A DNA stretch of 62,968 nucleotides, the filler included, from Octopus bimaculoides (Eukaryota): assembly GCF_001194135.2 (NCBI RefSeq). It is 7 parts of 7 records of this genome, joined end to end, with 100 filler letters (N's around TTAATTAATTAA, not from the genome) between each part and the next. Parts side by side here need not be neighbours in the genome. Positions count along the whole stretch, not along the records: positions 1 to 26,646 come from NC_068981.1; positions 26,747 to 38,453 come from NC_068983.1; 5 more parts are not named here. One strand, written 5' to 3'. The position numbers and the translations under genes were made by a program. Under the pieces are notes generated by a model. It was not told where the DNA came from. It worked only from the letters and a program-made list of their open reading frames with translations, and did not search any database. Shown here piece by piece: positions 23,320-34,830 of the stretch (position 1 is the first letter of the stretch; each line of letters starts with the position of its first letter).

Positions 23320-24783
23320 NNNNNNNNNNNNNNNNNNNNNNNNNNNNNNNNNNNNNNNNNNNNNNNNNNNNNNNNNNNNNNNNNNNNNNNNNNNNNNNNN
23401 NNNNNNNNNNNNNNNNNNNNNNNNNNNNNNNNNNNNNNNNNNNNNNNNNNNNNNNNNNNNNNNNNNNNNNNNNNNNNNNNNNNNNNNNNNNNNNNNNNNN
23501 NNNNNNNNNNNNNNNNNNNNNNNNNNNNNNNNNNNNNNNNNNNNNNNNNNNNNNNNNNNNNNATTTGGATTCTGCCACGGAAGAAGCCGATGTTCAATTT
23601 GTGTTTGCTGACTGTACTGTTTAGGTGTCTCAACTGTTTATAAACAGGAGTTGAATTGTATGAATGCGGTGTAGAGCATTAAGTTGACAAAACTTTTAGA
23701 ATACGTTATAAGTTATTTATTAAAATTTGAAATGGTAACATTTGCTATATCAGAGCAGGTAAACAATAATAAATGAAAAAAATGTTCACAAGAAACAAAT
23801 TCAGTTGTGACATTTGTGATGTAGGAATTGTTGTTTGTGTATCTATGTTTTCGCGTGTTTGAAAAGACAAAGCATATGTGTACAAAAGAACCTTACTTGT
23901 ATAACAGTTGTTGTAGCGACGAGTGCTCTCGGGCTAGTAGTTAGTCAGCAGTCGTGACGTCTCAATTAGACAAATGAGCGTGTGCGGTGATGCCAGCAAC
24001 TAACTTTTCTTGGCCAAATGTCTTTCTATTTATATCATTTGGTGGTCACAGCGCTGACAAGTGAAGCTATGTCTGGCTAACGTTCCCTTGATTTATGGGT
24101 GTCGAAGGTCAAGTGTTTTGGTCGTTAATTTTTGCCAAACGTTTTCTTTGTCATTTGTTATCTATCATGAATCTCTTAGTTTTGAATGTGTGGTCTTTTG
24201 CTGGGGAAAATATACTTTTGACCGTGGGAAACATTTTCCTCTGAGGTCGAGTTGTGAGCTGAGAGATTTGGGTTCAGTTTTGAGTCGAAATCTCTCTCTC
24301 TCTCTCTCTNNNNNNNNNNNNNNNNNNNNNNNNNNNNNNNNNNNNNNNNNNNNNNNNNNNNNNNNNNNNNNNNNNNNNNNNNNNNNNNNNNNNNNNNNNN
24401 NNNNNNNNNNNNNNNNNNNNNNNNNNNNNNNNNNNNNNNNNNNNNNNNNNNNNNNNNNNNNNNNNNNNNNNNNNNNNNNNNNNNNNNNNNNNNNNNNNNN
24501 NNNNNNNNNNNNNNNNNNNNNNNNNNNNNNNNNNNNNNNNNNNNNNNNNNNNNNNNNNNNNNNNNNNNNNNNNNNNNNNNNNNNNNNNNNNNNNNNNNNN
24601 NNNNNNNNNNNNNNNNNNNNNNNNNNNNNNNNNNNNNNNNNNNNNNNNNNNNNNNNNNNNNNNNNNNNNNNNNNNNNNNNNNNNNNNNNNNNNNNNNNNN
24701 NNNNNNNNNNNNNNNNNNNNNNNNNNNNNNNNNNNNNNNNNNNNNNNNNNNNNNNNNNNNNNNNNNNNNNNNNNNNNNNNNNN

Positions 24784-25080
24784 TTTGATTTTAATCAAGG
24801 TTCTAAGGCCGCAAAAGCTGCTCTCGACATTTGTGCTGTGTATGGAGTGGTTGCCATAACTGATAGAACCGCTCGTGATTGATATGCCAAGTTTAAAAAT
24901 GGAAATTTTGACCTTAAAGACACCTCGTTCTGGCCGTCCAGTTGACCTCGATGAGGAGCGACTAAACCAACTTTTTCAAGAAAATTCTCGTTAAACGACA
25001 AGGGAACTGGTAGAGAAAATGGAATGCTCCCACACTGCTATAGAGATGGGAAAGGTTCAGAAGTATGGAGCATGGGTTCC
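24784..25080 (+). mobile_element. Mariner (Mos1/SETMAR-like) transposase N-terminal HTH remnant
   Basis: FDFNQGSKAAKAALDICAVYGVVAITDRTARD*YAKFKNGNFDLKDT..RSGRP..TTRELVEKMECSHTAI..GKVQKYGAWVP, with stops and a frameshift. Confidence 0.82.
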
Positions 25081-26007
25081 ATCGAGTGTTTCTACTAAAA
25101 TTGTGGTTATCCGTTCATACTAGTGGTCCAATTGACAGAGACATCTATACATTTTGGGATACTATTATAATTCTTCTGCTGAAAAGTGCTAAATTGGTTG
25201 AAATACACTTCTTGGATAATCAATATGAGGAATGACCTGACAATGGGGAGGAGGAATAGCATCCCAAACATGGTGAAAGGGGAAGGTGATGCCAAAAGTT
25301 CGAGAACCACTGTCATGTACGTATATATATACCGTAGATTTCAGTGTAATACCCGCGGTTTCTTTCTGCAAAATGGGCATAAATGGATCTTACGCAGTTG
25401 TTAATAGAGGACGCTCGGGATATTTTCAGACAGTTTTCGGTTCACATGTTTTGTAACCAATTGATCAACTAATTCCCTGTATTTTCATGTGTATTTATTG
25501 TATCGCAATGGGGCATTGTGTGGATTAAGTTGTGGTTTTTCGGGGTTGCGGGTCTAAGGGTAGTGTGGTTCATAGTCCGGAAATTATGGTACACGAATGA
25601 ATGTTACTTTTCCATGTTAATTATCCTGCGTTTTGTAGGGGACCGCGAATCCATCGTCGTCGTCGTCGCCATCATCGTCGTCGTCGTCATCGTCGTCATC
25701 ATCATCATCATCTTCATCATCATTATTATTAAGGCTGCGGGCTGTTAGAATCCTTACTGCACCGAGCAAAATGTTTAGCAGCAATTCTTCAGTTTTTACG
25801 TTCTGAGTTCAAATTCCGCTAAGGTCTACTTTCGAGGTCGACAAAATAAACACCAGATGAGCACTGGGGTTGATGTAATCGAGTTGTCCCCTCCGCCACC
25901 CCAATTTGCTGGCCTTGTGCCAAAATTTGAAACCATTATGACTATTATGATTATTTTTTATTGTTAATATTATTCTTATTAGTATTACTGTTATTTTATT
26001 CCGACAG

Positions 26008-26091
26008 AGAGACTTCAAAGATCTTGACCTGAATAATGATGGAGAAGTTACCAAGGCTGAGTTCGTTAAACTGCTGTCCCAAACTGCACTT
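26008..26091 (+). CDS. Paralogous EF-hand exon (duplicate of 6056-6141); partner exons not found
   Basis: Acceptor ttttattccgacag| nearly identical to that of 6056; donor CTT|gtaagt. Translates RDFKDLDLNNDGEVTKAEFVKLLSQTAL with canonical loop DLNNDGEVTKAE. 13/28 residues are identical to the first copy, several through synonymous codon differences. Confidence 0.75.
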
Positions 26092-26367
26092 GTAAGTCCA
26101 TTCACATAATTTCTCTCCTTTGTATACCATATTTTAGTTCATAATATCTTCCTTAATAACAACAATGTCACACATTTATAATTAATTGCTATTGTTAATT
26201 ATGTCATTAGATACATAACAGAAACTTAAGTCTCCATCCTGTTGTTGGATATCAATTGACCTAATAATTACAATGAATAGTAGGAAATTAAATGCAGTAA
26301 GTAATTTAGTTTCGTGTTCAAATTAATGAGATCACTGTCAAACAACTGAATTCATTTGATGATGATG

Positions 26368-26437
<70 letters not shown>

Positions 26438-27101
26438 GCAGAGACTGAAGGATTTTTTATTGCTGCACAAGACCAAAGCCTCCCCACCAGAAATTACCAA
26501 AAACATATAATGAAAAGAAACATAACAAGTAACTGTAGAATTTGTGGAGATGGACAAGAAACAATAAATCATATTATCTCTGGCTGCCCAGTCCTGGCTA
26601 AGAAGGAATATATTCACAGACACGACAGAACTGGGACCTATATACANNNNNNNNNNNNNNNNNNNNNNNNNNNNNNNNNNNNNNNNNNNNTTAATTAATT
26701 AANNNNNNNNNNNNNNNNNNNNNNNNNNNNNNNNNNNNNNNNNNNNATACCAGCAGATGACAACGTTTCTCTAAAAGAAATGGAAAAACTTTCAAAATAC
26801 AAAGACCTGGAAATAGAGATAACTCGAATGTGGAATCTAAAAACAGAAACAATTCCTATCATAGTAGGTGCCTTAGGTATAATAAAAAAATATTCAGACA
26901 AATACATAACAAAAACACCAGGACTTACAAATATATATAACATACAGAAAATTGCACTACTGGGTACTGCACACATTCTACGCAAAACACTTTCAATACA
27001 GTAAACATAAGAGCACCACAGCAAACCACAGCACATACCCAAGGCGCACAGAGCTGCGCTCGGTAGTGAAGTGAAAGCACGTTATAAAAATAAAACTACT
27101 G
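26438..27101 (+). mobile_element. Dong/R4 LINE 3' fragment (CCHC finger, RLE, 3' UTR) with an N gap inside
   Basis: AETEGFFIAAQDQSLPTRNY..CRICGDGQETINHIISGCPVLAKKEYIHRHD, then EKLSKYKDLEIEITRMW..ILRKTLSIQ*; (AAT)n on both sides. Confidence 0.88.
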
Positions 27102-27170
27102 AATAATAATAATAATATCAACATCGAAAAATACCTTAGGAATGAGAATCCAGGTTCTAATTTCCCCAAG

Positions 27171-27214
27171 GCACCTGATGAATGCTGGAGGGTATATCAG
27201 CCGAAACGTTGTGT
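27171..27214 (+). ncRNA. Minimal type I hammerhead ribozyme-like motif in a short Penelope-like repeat (about 27118-27265)
   Basis: GCAC-CTGATGA-A-TGCTG-gagggtatat-CAGCC-GAAA-CGTT-GTGT: intact CUGAUGA and GAAA cores, palindromic ACGT helix III, stem I GCAC/GTGT. The first stem II pair is a U-C mismatch. Confidence 0.6.
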
Positions 27215-27374
27215 TAACAACAAACAAGATGAGGACAAATACCCGTCAAATGTAAATAATGTATAAACAAGGATAGTAAGTAGACACAATAGTGAATTTG
27301 CGTACTGGGGTCGATCTAATCGACTGGGCCCCTAAATTTCGGGCCTTGTGCCTAGAGTAGAAAAGAACATAAAT

Positions 27375-27930
27375 ATAGAAGCTGTAGGATTCAAACCAAT
27401 TGTCCTTAAATTTTGTCTTTCTCACTGATTTTGATAGATTTATGTTACAGATACGTTTCGTTCATGAAAGATTATCTTGAAGCCTAATCGCCATAGGTTT
27501 CTATGTAACATAGAAATCAACAGCAAATACGTTTTACAGAATTTCATGTTACGGTAAAATTTTCAACAGCACAACGCTTCCGTAACACGAGAGTGCTTGC
27601 ATATATGTATGTTAATCAAGCAGTAACAAATATATACAAAACTGAATTTATAATATGGAGAGAGAAACTATAGGTTTTGAACCAGTTGTCCAGAAATATT
27701 GTTTCTCACTGATTTCGAAAGATTTATGTACAGGCATTTGATGTTATAAAAACCGTTTATTCTTTAAAAGATGTTGTAGCGTGGAATTCCATATCTCGAA
27801 GCCTAATTTTCATGGATTTCCATGTAATATGGAAGTATATGGCAAAAACGTTTCGTTTTACAGAATTTCATGATAAGGCAAAATTTTTAGCAATACAAGG
27901 CTTCCGTAACACGAGAGCTGCTTACATATA
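27375..27930 (+). repeat. Diverged tandem duplication of an about 290-bp unique-looking segment
   Basis: Shared blocks ctcactgattt(t/c)ga(t/a)agatttatgt, gaagcctaat, cgttttacagaatttcatg and gcttccgtaacacgagag occur at about 27420-27600 and about 27705-27920. Confidence 0.7.
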
Positions 27931-28733
27931 TGTTTTGTGGTATGTATATGTTTCGGTATAAATTCATTGATATGTTATTTCCATTCAAAAACGTGTGTGG
28001 GGCAACTGATTTAACTCTAGAAAAACTAAGTAGTATATATTTATATATGTTTGTCTGAATCAAGAATATTACATTTACTAGTTTTTAGCGTTTTTTCTTT
28101 TCTTTTTTTATCTCTTTAGACTTTGGAAAGGAATACACTCTATTGTGAAGTATGTTTAAAAAAAACAGACTTTTTTCTTTTGATTTTTATCTTTCAATTA
28201 GTGTCACGAATATTTTTTTCTCCTATTCTTTTTGTTTCTACATTTCAAACATCGCCGTATTTTCGTTTGATCTCCTTCTCTGAGATTCAAGAGCTATGTT
28301 CGTCATATGTTTAAATGGCTGCTGATATTGTTCGCTAGCGTTTTACTTTCTATTACTATTACTGTTAACGGTGTGGTTAAACTTGTGGTTGATGTCAGTG
28401 TTTATTTATTGCTACCGTATTTTATTCTTCTATTTGTTACTCCTCTTCTTACAATTGGTGTTTTAGTTCAAGTTTACTTTTGATGTTTTTAATGTATGTC
28501 ATTTGTCATACAACTATCATGGTCTCTATTGTTGTTACATTACTGATAATTTTACACTTGCTGTTGTTATTGTCACTGCACTGTTTTTTGATGACTACTA
28601 TTGGCCATTTCCATTGTGCTCAACTTTCCGCTTGCTACTGTTTTCCTGGTGACGCCTGGTTTTGTTCTTGTCTCTAATATTATTATTATTGTTGTTGTTA
28701 CTATAGTTTCTTGTTGTTATTACTGTTCTTGTT

Positions 28734-29134
28734 AAGGCGGCGAGCTTAGCGGTATTTCGCTCGTCGCTACGTTTTGAATTCAAATTCCGCTGAGATCGAC
28801 TTTGCATTTCATCCTTTCGGGAGCCGATTAAATAAGTACCAGTTACGTACTGGAGTCAGTATAATCGACTTAATCTCCTCCCCGAAGCTGCAATTGTGAC
28901 AAAAATTTTAAATCGTTATTACTGTTCTTGTTAAGGCGGAAAGCTTACAGAGTCCGTTAGCACACCGGACGAAATGCTTAGCGGTATTTCGCCCGACGGC
29001 TACGTTCTGAGTTCAAATTCCGCCGAGGCCGACTTTGCCTTTTATCATCCTTTCGGGGTCATAAATCAAGTACCAGTGAAACACTGGGGTCAATGTAATC
29101 GACTCATCTTCTCCCCCCCCCCAATTAATAGAAA
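28734..29134 (+). mobile_element. Two tandem family-A SINEs bounded by an 18-bp repeat
   Basis: GTTATTACTGTTCTTGTT at 28716 and 28915, and a variant at 29135; family-A consensus in both copies. Confidence 0.75.
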
Positions 29135-29408
29135 GTATTATTAGTTCTTGTTGCCGTTGCTGTTTGAGTCTGTTTTTGTTATTGTTGTTGCTTTTGTCGC
29201 TATTGCTTTTGTTGTGGTTGCAGTTATTCTTGTTGTTGTTGTTAATGTAGTTGTTTTTATTGTTACTGCAGGGGTTACAGTTGTTTTTTTTTGTTATTGT
29301 TGTTACTTTTGTTTTAGTTGTTTTTAATGTTATTGCAATAGCGGTTGTTATTCTTGTTGATGTTGCTATTGTTGTTGTTGATATGATCGTTGATATGATT
29401 GCTGATGG

Positions 29409-29795
29409 TGGAGGCCCAAATGGCCCAGTGGTTAGGGTAGCGGACTTGCGGTCGTAGGATCGCGGTTTCGATCCCCAGACCGGGCGTTGTGAGTGTTTAT
29501 TGAGCGAAAACACCTAAAAAAGTTCCACGAGGCTCTGGCAGGGGATGGTGGCGAACCCTGCTGTACTCTTTCACCACAACTTTCTTTTACTCTTACTTCC
29601 TGTTTCTGTTGTGCCTGTAATTCAAAAGAGTCAGCCTTGTCACAGACTGTGTCACGCTGAATCTCCCCGAGAACTACGTTAAGGGTACACGTGTCTGTGG
29701 AGTGCTCAGCCACTTACACGTTAATTTCACGAGCAGGCTGTTCCGTTGATCGGATCAACTGGAACCCTCGACGTCGTAAGCGACGGAGTGCCAAC
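29409..29795 (+). mobile_element. tRNA-derived SINE (family C) flanked by a 59-bp direct repeat
   Basis: Head TGGCCCAGTGGTTAGGG...GGTTTCGATCCC; 3' hairpin CGTCG-taag-CGACGG; flanks 29350-29408 and 29796-29854 are identical except for 2 A/G differences. Confidence 0.8.
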
Positions 29796-30034
29796 ATTCT
29801 TGTTGATGTTGCTATTGTTGTTGTTGATATGATCGTTGATGTGGTTGCTGATGGGTGTCTGTTGTGGGTGATGCCGGCGCTATTATTACTGCTATTGTTT
29901 CTGTTGTAAACGCTGATGCTGTTATTGCTGTTGTGCTGCAGCTATAAGAAATTGTAGTTCTTGTTGCTGCTAATCTTATTGTTGCTGTTGTTATTATTGG
30001 TGTTATGTTGCAACTATAGGAAATTGCTGTTTTT

Positions 30035-30067
<33 letters not shown>

Positions 30068-30223
30068 AGAAAGAGAGAGAGGGAGAGAAAGAGAGAGCAT
30101 CAACACTGGTGTGCCTTCTGCATCTATCTATCTATCTCTTCTTCTTCTTCTTCTTCTTCTTCTTCTTCTTCTTCTTCTTCTTCTTCTTCTTCTTCTTCTT
30201 CTTCTTCTTCTTCTTCTTCCTAT

Positions 30224-30675
30224 TAAGGCGGCGAGCTAGCAGAATTGTTAGCACGCCGGGCAAAATGCTTAGCAGCATTTCATCCGACCTTACATTCTGA
30301 GTTCAAATTCCGCCAAGGTCAACTTTGCCTTTCATCCTTTCGGGGTCGATAAATTAAGTACCATTGAAATACTGAGGTCGATGTAATCGACTAGTCCCCT
30401 CCCCAATATTTCATCCCTTGTGCCTTCAGTAGAAAGGATTATTATTATTATTATTATTATTATTAAGGCAGTGAGCTAGTAGAATCGTTAGCGAGTTAGA
30501 CAATATGCTTAGCGGTATTTCGTCCGTCTTTGCTTTCTCGTTCAAATGATGCCGAGGTCGACTTTGCTTTCATCCTTCCGGGGTCGATAAAATAGGTACC
30601 AGTTGAGTGATGGGGTCGATGTACTCGACTTACCTCTTCCCCCAAATTTCAGGCCTTGTGCTTATAGAAGAAAGG

Positions 30676-30730
<55 letters not shown>

Positions 30731-31700
30731 TATTATTATTATTTTGCCATGACATACGATCGAGTATTACGCTTTTAACAAGTTTAACATATGGAACGAA
30801 TTTGAAAGCACAATCGAAATATTTAGCATAATAAAATAATGGCAACAACAAATTTATGCATCTAATTCTATAATGCTATGCACTGAAACAGAAATAACCG
30901 CATTTATGAAATATTAAATTGTCATTGTTCCTGCTGCTAAAAATAAATAGAATGTGCTCTGGTTTTGATATCATTATCAGTCTCCCTTCGCCCTGGAACT
31001 GAAAGCTTCTTTATGTAAGAAACTATTACTGCAGCTACTGTGTTAGAAACTATCAGTGCTCATATTATGTTAAACATCAGTATTTCTGCTCCTATATAAG
31101 GGTGGCGAACTGGCAGAAACATTAGCACGCTGGGCAAAATGCTTAGTTCAAATTCCGCCGAGGTCGACTTTGCCTTTCATCTTTTCGGGGTCGAGAAATT
31201 AAGTACCAGTTGCGTACATGGGGTCGATGTAATCGACTTAATCCCTTTGTCTGGCCTTGTTTGTCCCCTCTATGTTTAGCCCCTTTGTGGGCAATAAAGA
31301 AATAAGAAACGTTAGCACGCCGGGCGAAATGCTTAGCGGCATTTCGTCTGTCTTTACATTCTGAGTTCAAATTCCGCCGAGGTCGACTTTGCCTTTCATC
31401 CTTTCGGGGTCGATTAAATAAGTACCGGTTACGCACTGGGGTCGATATAATCGACTTAATCCGTTTGTCTGTCCTTGTTTGTCCCCTCTGTGTGTAGCCC
31501 CTTGTGAGCAGTAAAGAAATAAGACTCGTGAGCACGCCGGACTTCATTCGTCTTTACGCTCTGAGTTCAAATTCTGCCGAGGTTGACTTTGCCTTTCATC
31601 CTTTCGGGATGGATAAAATAAATACCAGTTGAACACTGCAGGCGGTGTAATCAACTTACCCTCTCTCCCGAAATTACTGGCCTTGTACCAAAATTTGAAA
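30224..31700 (+). mobile_element. Cluster of family-A SINEs (30224-30437, 30465-30675, head-to-tail trimer 31098-31700)
   Basis: Repeated gagttcaaattccgccgaggtcgactttgcctttcatcc cores; several start immediately after (ATT)n-AAGG. Confidence 0.8.
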
Positions 31701-32319
31701 GCGTCATCATTGTTGTTACTATTTTGGAAGCCATTATCGTTCTTACTCAGTATTCCAAATGGCATACCTGGTAGAATGTTGGATACATTCTTTGACGTAT
31801 TTAGTTACGTTTAGGGTTCAAATGTCGCTGGGTTAACTTACCCTTTCATCCTTTATAATCAATAACTCAAATAAATAGCAGTAACGTACTGAATCGATAT
31901 AATTGATTTAACGTCTTCCACCAAAAAGTGTGATTACGTAAATTATCATTAATTATCATTAATTATTGGATAAATTGATAATAATGTTGTTTAGCTACAG
32001 GTCTGTTCCCATGGAGTAGATATATAGTCAAAAGCATTCTAGACATGACTATCCCGTCTTTTTGTATTCTAAGAACTACATTGTCTAATGCGACTCTTCT
32101 TTGCTTTCGACTCGCAACTGTTTAATAGGAGCATTAACCACGTCGGTCTCGTCGAGGGACAATACGAAGACTATAGGCACAACCGTTTCTTTTCAGACAA
32201 GGCCAACAAAAATACTAGAATTTGATTTGAGGAAGATTTGGTTGCTATTTCTAGCTACCATACAGAGATTCTCCCATTAACTTGCTGCTGTTGTTGTTGG
32301 TGCTGTTGGTGCTGGTACT

Positions 32320-32351
<32 letters not shown>

Positions 32352-32649
32352 GTGGGGTTGCTACGGTTACTGGTACATTTGTAGAAGATAAGCTTAGTTA
32401 TTATTTGATCAAAAGTTCTCGACCAGCGTCTAGATTTCTGCTGTGTTTTTCTGCTCCTCTTTATTGTTGTAACTTGTTTCAACTTCGGGGATTTGATCTA
32501 TCATTTATTTTTTAATGTTTTCCTCTGTTTTCTTCAGTTATTTGGCAGATTGCCAATATGAATAGTGAAACAACGCAGCACCGGAAAAAACAATAATTAA
32601 GTGATTATTGTTCACATTGTTTTTGTTGTTATCATTATTATTATTATTA

Positions 32650-32685
<36 letters not shown>

Positions 32686-34121
32686 GCCACATCATGACGG
32701 TGATATCAGAAAATAACAAGGTTTGATATATAATTTAATGCTATAAGTATTAGTAGTAATAATCCTTATTAGAGATTTAGACATAAAAAAAAGAGCCCGC
32801 TATATAAAAGAAGCAAAAACAAATATGCAGAATGAAACGAAAGAAAAGAAAAAGTAATAATAAAATCAACGAAGAAAGAAAAATAGAAGGAAAAAAAAAT
32901 TCTTCGAAGCTTTTAACTTATTTCAAAAGATTTTATAAGCGATAAATTTGTTATTTGGAAAAACAAACTTATTTAGTTTTTTTCGTACAGCAGCTATTCC
33001 TAGAACATTATTATATTTGATTAGTGAAGTCGTAATGGCTGGCTAGATAACGTGTCAGATTTGCATCGAATAGGTTGTGAGCTCGGAAGTAATTACGTGG
33101 GTCCGCATCGAGGTTGTTGAGTTATATGAGCTACTGTATAGATTTCTGAGATCAATCCTAGCTCTCTGATAACAAATACCAATTGTTGTTGTTGTTTAGT
33201 TTTAGACGAGCCTTTATCGAACAAATCTTTGATTACCGTTCCCTGTCTTTTAGGGATATTCAAGATTTCAATATCTGATGTCACCTTCCATCATTTTCTA
33301 AAAATTAGACAGTTTGATGTGATTTGAGAAAAGTTTGTGGCAGGTTGAGGGATTATATAGAGACACTGAAATTTGAAATCAAGATTTTCGTTAGCAAAGT
33401 TAACAAATCGTCGTGAGCAGTGGAGTGAAAATAGCACTAGGCCGGGCGACACAGGATATAAAATTGCAGCAGTCTACTATTTTATGGAGAATAAGTGTCA
33501 CTGTTTCTTTCCTGAAGAGACGACGCTCAATTTGACAGAAAGCTTTCCCTTAGGTCAAGTTTGGTGTACGTGGAAGCCATCTTTTTGGAAACTGATTTCG
33601 TTCATGTTTTCAGTTTTTGTATAGTTATGATATGTAATAGTCACAGTATCTCTTCAGTTGTGGAGCTGAATGGATACATTTAGAAATCTTTTCGCAAAAC
33701 CAGTATGGCTCTACAACAATATATTTTGTTGCTATTGTTGCAATTTCAGAGTAATATGTTTCTAGAAGTTCTTATTGTGTATATTAAACTCTTTAATTGT
33801 GATAATCCGATAAATCTTGCTCAGAAGAAATAGGTATTTGGATTACAGTGACAACTTCATCATGAGGTTAACGACAGTTTCGAAAATCTCGTACACGTGC
33901 CCTTAAACAGGACATATACGAGTTGGCTCTTTATCTCAGTACACAGATAAAGTAGATAAAGATAGATAGGGTACGCTGAATGTAGATAGAATAAGCCAGA
34001 GCGAGATGAGTCAGGCTGAATATAGAATAGATTAGACTGAAATTAGATAGGACAGGCGAATGGTACACAGAGTTGGCTAAGTTAAATGGAATTGAATGAA
34101 CATAGATAGGTGCAGACGTGG

Positions 34122-34451
34122 GAATGTGGCAAGTGTCTTCCACTATAGCCTCGGGCCGACCAAAGCCTTGTGAGTGGATTTGGTAGACGGAAACTGAAAG
34201 CGGCGAGCTGGCAGAAACGTTAGCACGCCGGGCGAAATGCTTAGCGGTATTTCGTCTGCCGCTACGTTCTGAGTTCAAATTCCGCCGAGGTCGACTTTGC
34301 CTTTCATCCTTTCGGGGTCGATTAAATAAGTACCAGTTACGCATTGTGGTCGGTATAATCGACTTAATCCCTTTGTCTGTCCTTGTTTGTCCCCTCTGTG
34401 TGTAGCCCCTTGTGGGCAGTAAAGAAATAAGGAAACTGAAAGAAGCCCGTC

Positions 34452-34487
<36 letters not shown>

Positions 34488-34830
34488 NNNNNNNNNNNNN
34501 NNNNNNNNNNNNNNNNNNNNNNNNNNNNNNNNNNNNNNNNNNNNNNNNNNNNNNNNNNNNNNNNNNNNNNNNNNNNNNNNNNNNNNNNNNNNNNNNNNNN
34601 NNNNNNNNNNNNNTGTGTGTGTGTGTGTGTGTGTTTCCCCTCCGCTGCCTAACAATCGGTGTTGATGTATTTATGTACCCGTAACTTAGCGGTTCGGCAA
34701 AAGGGATCGACAGAATAAGTACCAGGCTTTAAAAAAAGTACTGAGGTCGATACATCCGACTATAAATTCTTCAAGGCGGTGTCCCAGCATGGCCGCAGTC
34801 TAATGACTGAAACAAGTAAAAGATAACAGA
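34122..34830 (+). mobile_element. Family-B SINE (with internal TA/TG microsatellite) carrying a nested full-length family-A SINE (34200-34430)
   Basis: The B body gcctcgggccgaccaaagccttgtgagtggatttggtagacggaaactgaaag is interrupted by the A copy; TSD GGAAACTGAAAG at 34189-34200 and 34431-34442. Confidence 0.85.

Noticed and set aside
23563-24060. Gypsy 5' LTR or primer-binding site
   Set aside because: No direct-repeat match on the other side of the element and no correctly oriented PBS.
25383-25472. Short ORF MDLTQLLIEDARDIFRQF.. resembling a calmodulin N-terminus upstream of the orphan exon
   Set aside because: There is no EF loop after the helix and no convincing splice donor; the resemblance may be chance.
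26691-26702. TTAATTAATTAA islands inside N runs (also 38498, 48880, 52959, 56234, 57722)
   Set aside because: An identical 12-mer centred in gaps is an assembly linker, not biology.
28120-28149. 30-nt phase-0 candidate exon (TLERNTLYCE) after the orphan EF-hand exon
   Set aside because: Splice signals are good, but there is no similarity to the EF3/EF4 exon and no independent support.
31098-31700. CRISPR-like regularly spaced repeats
   Set aside because: The units are about 200-bp SINE copies in eukaryotic DNA; there are no unique spacers or cas genes.
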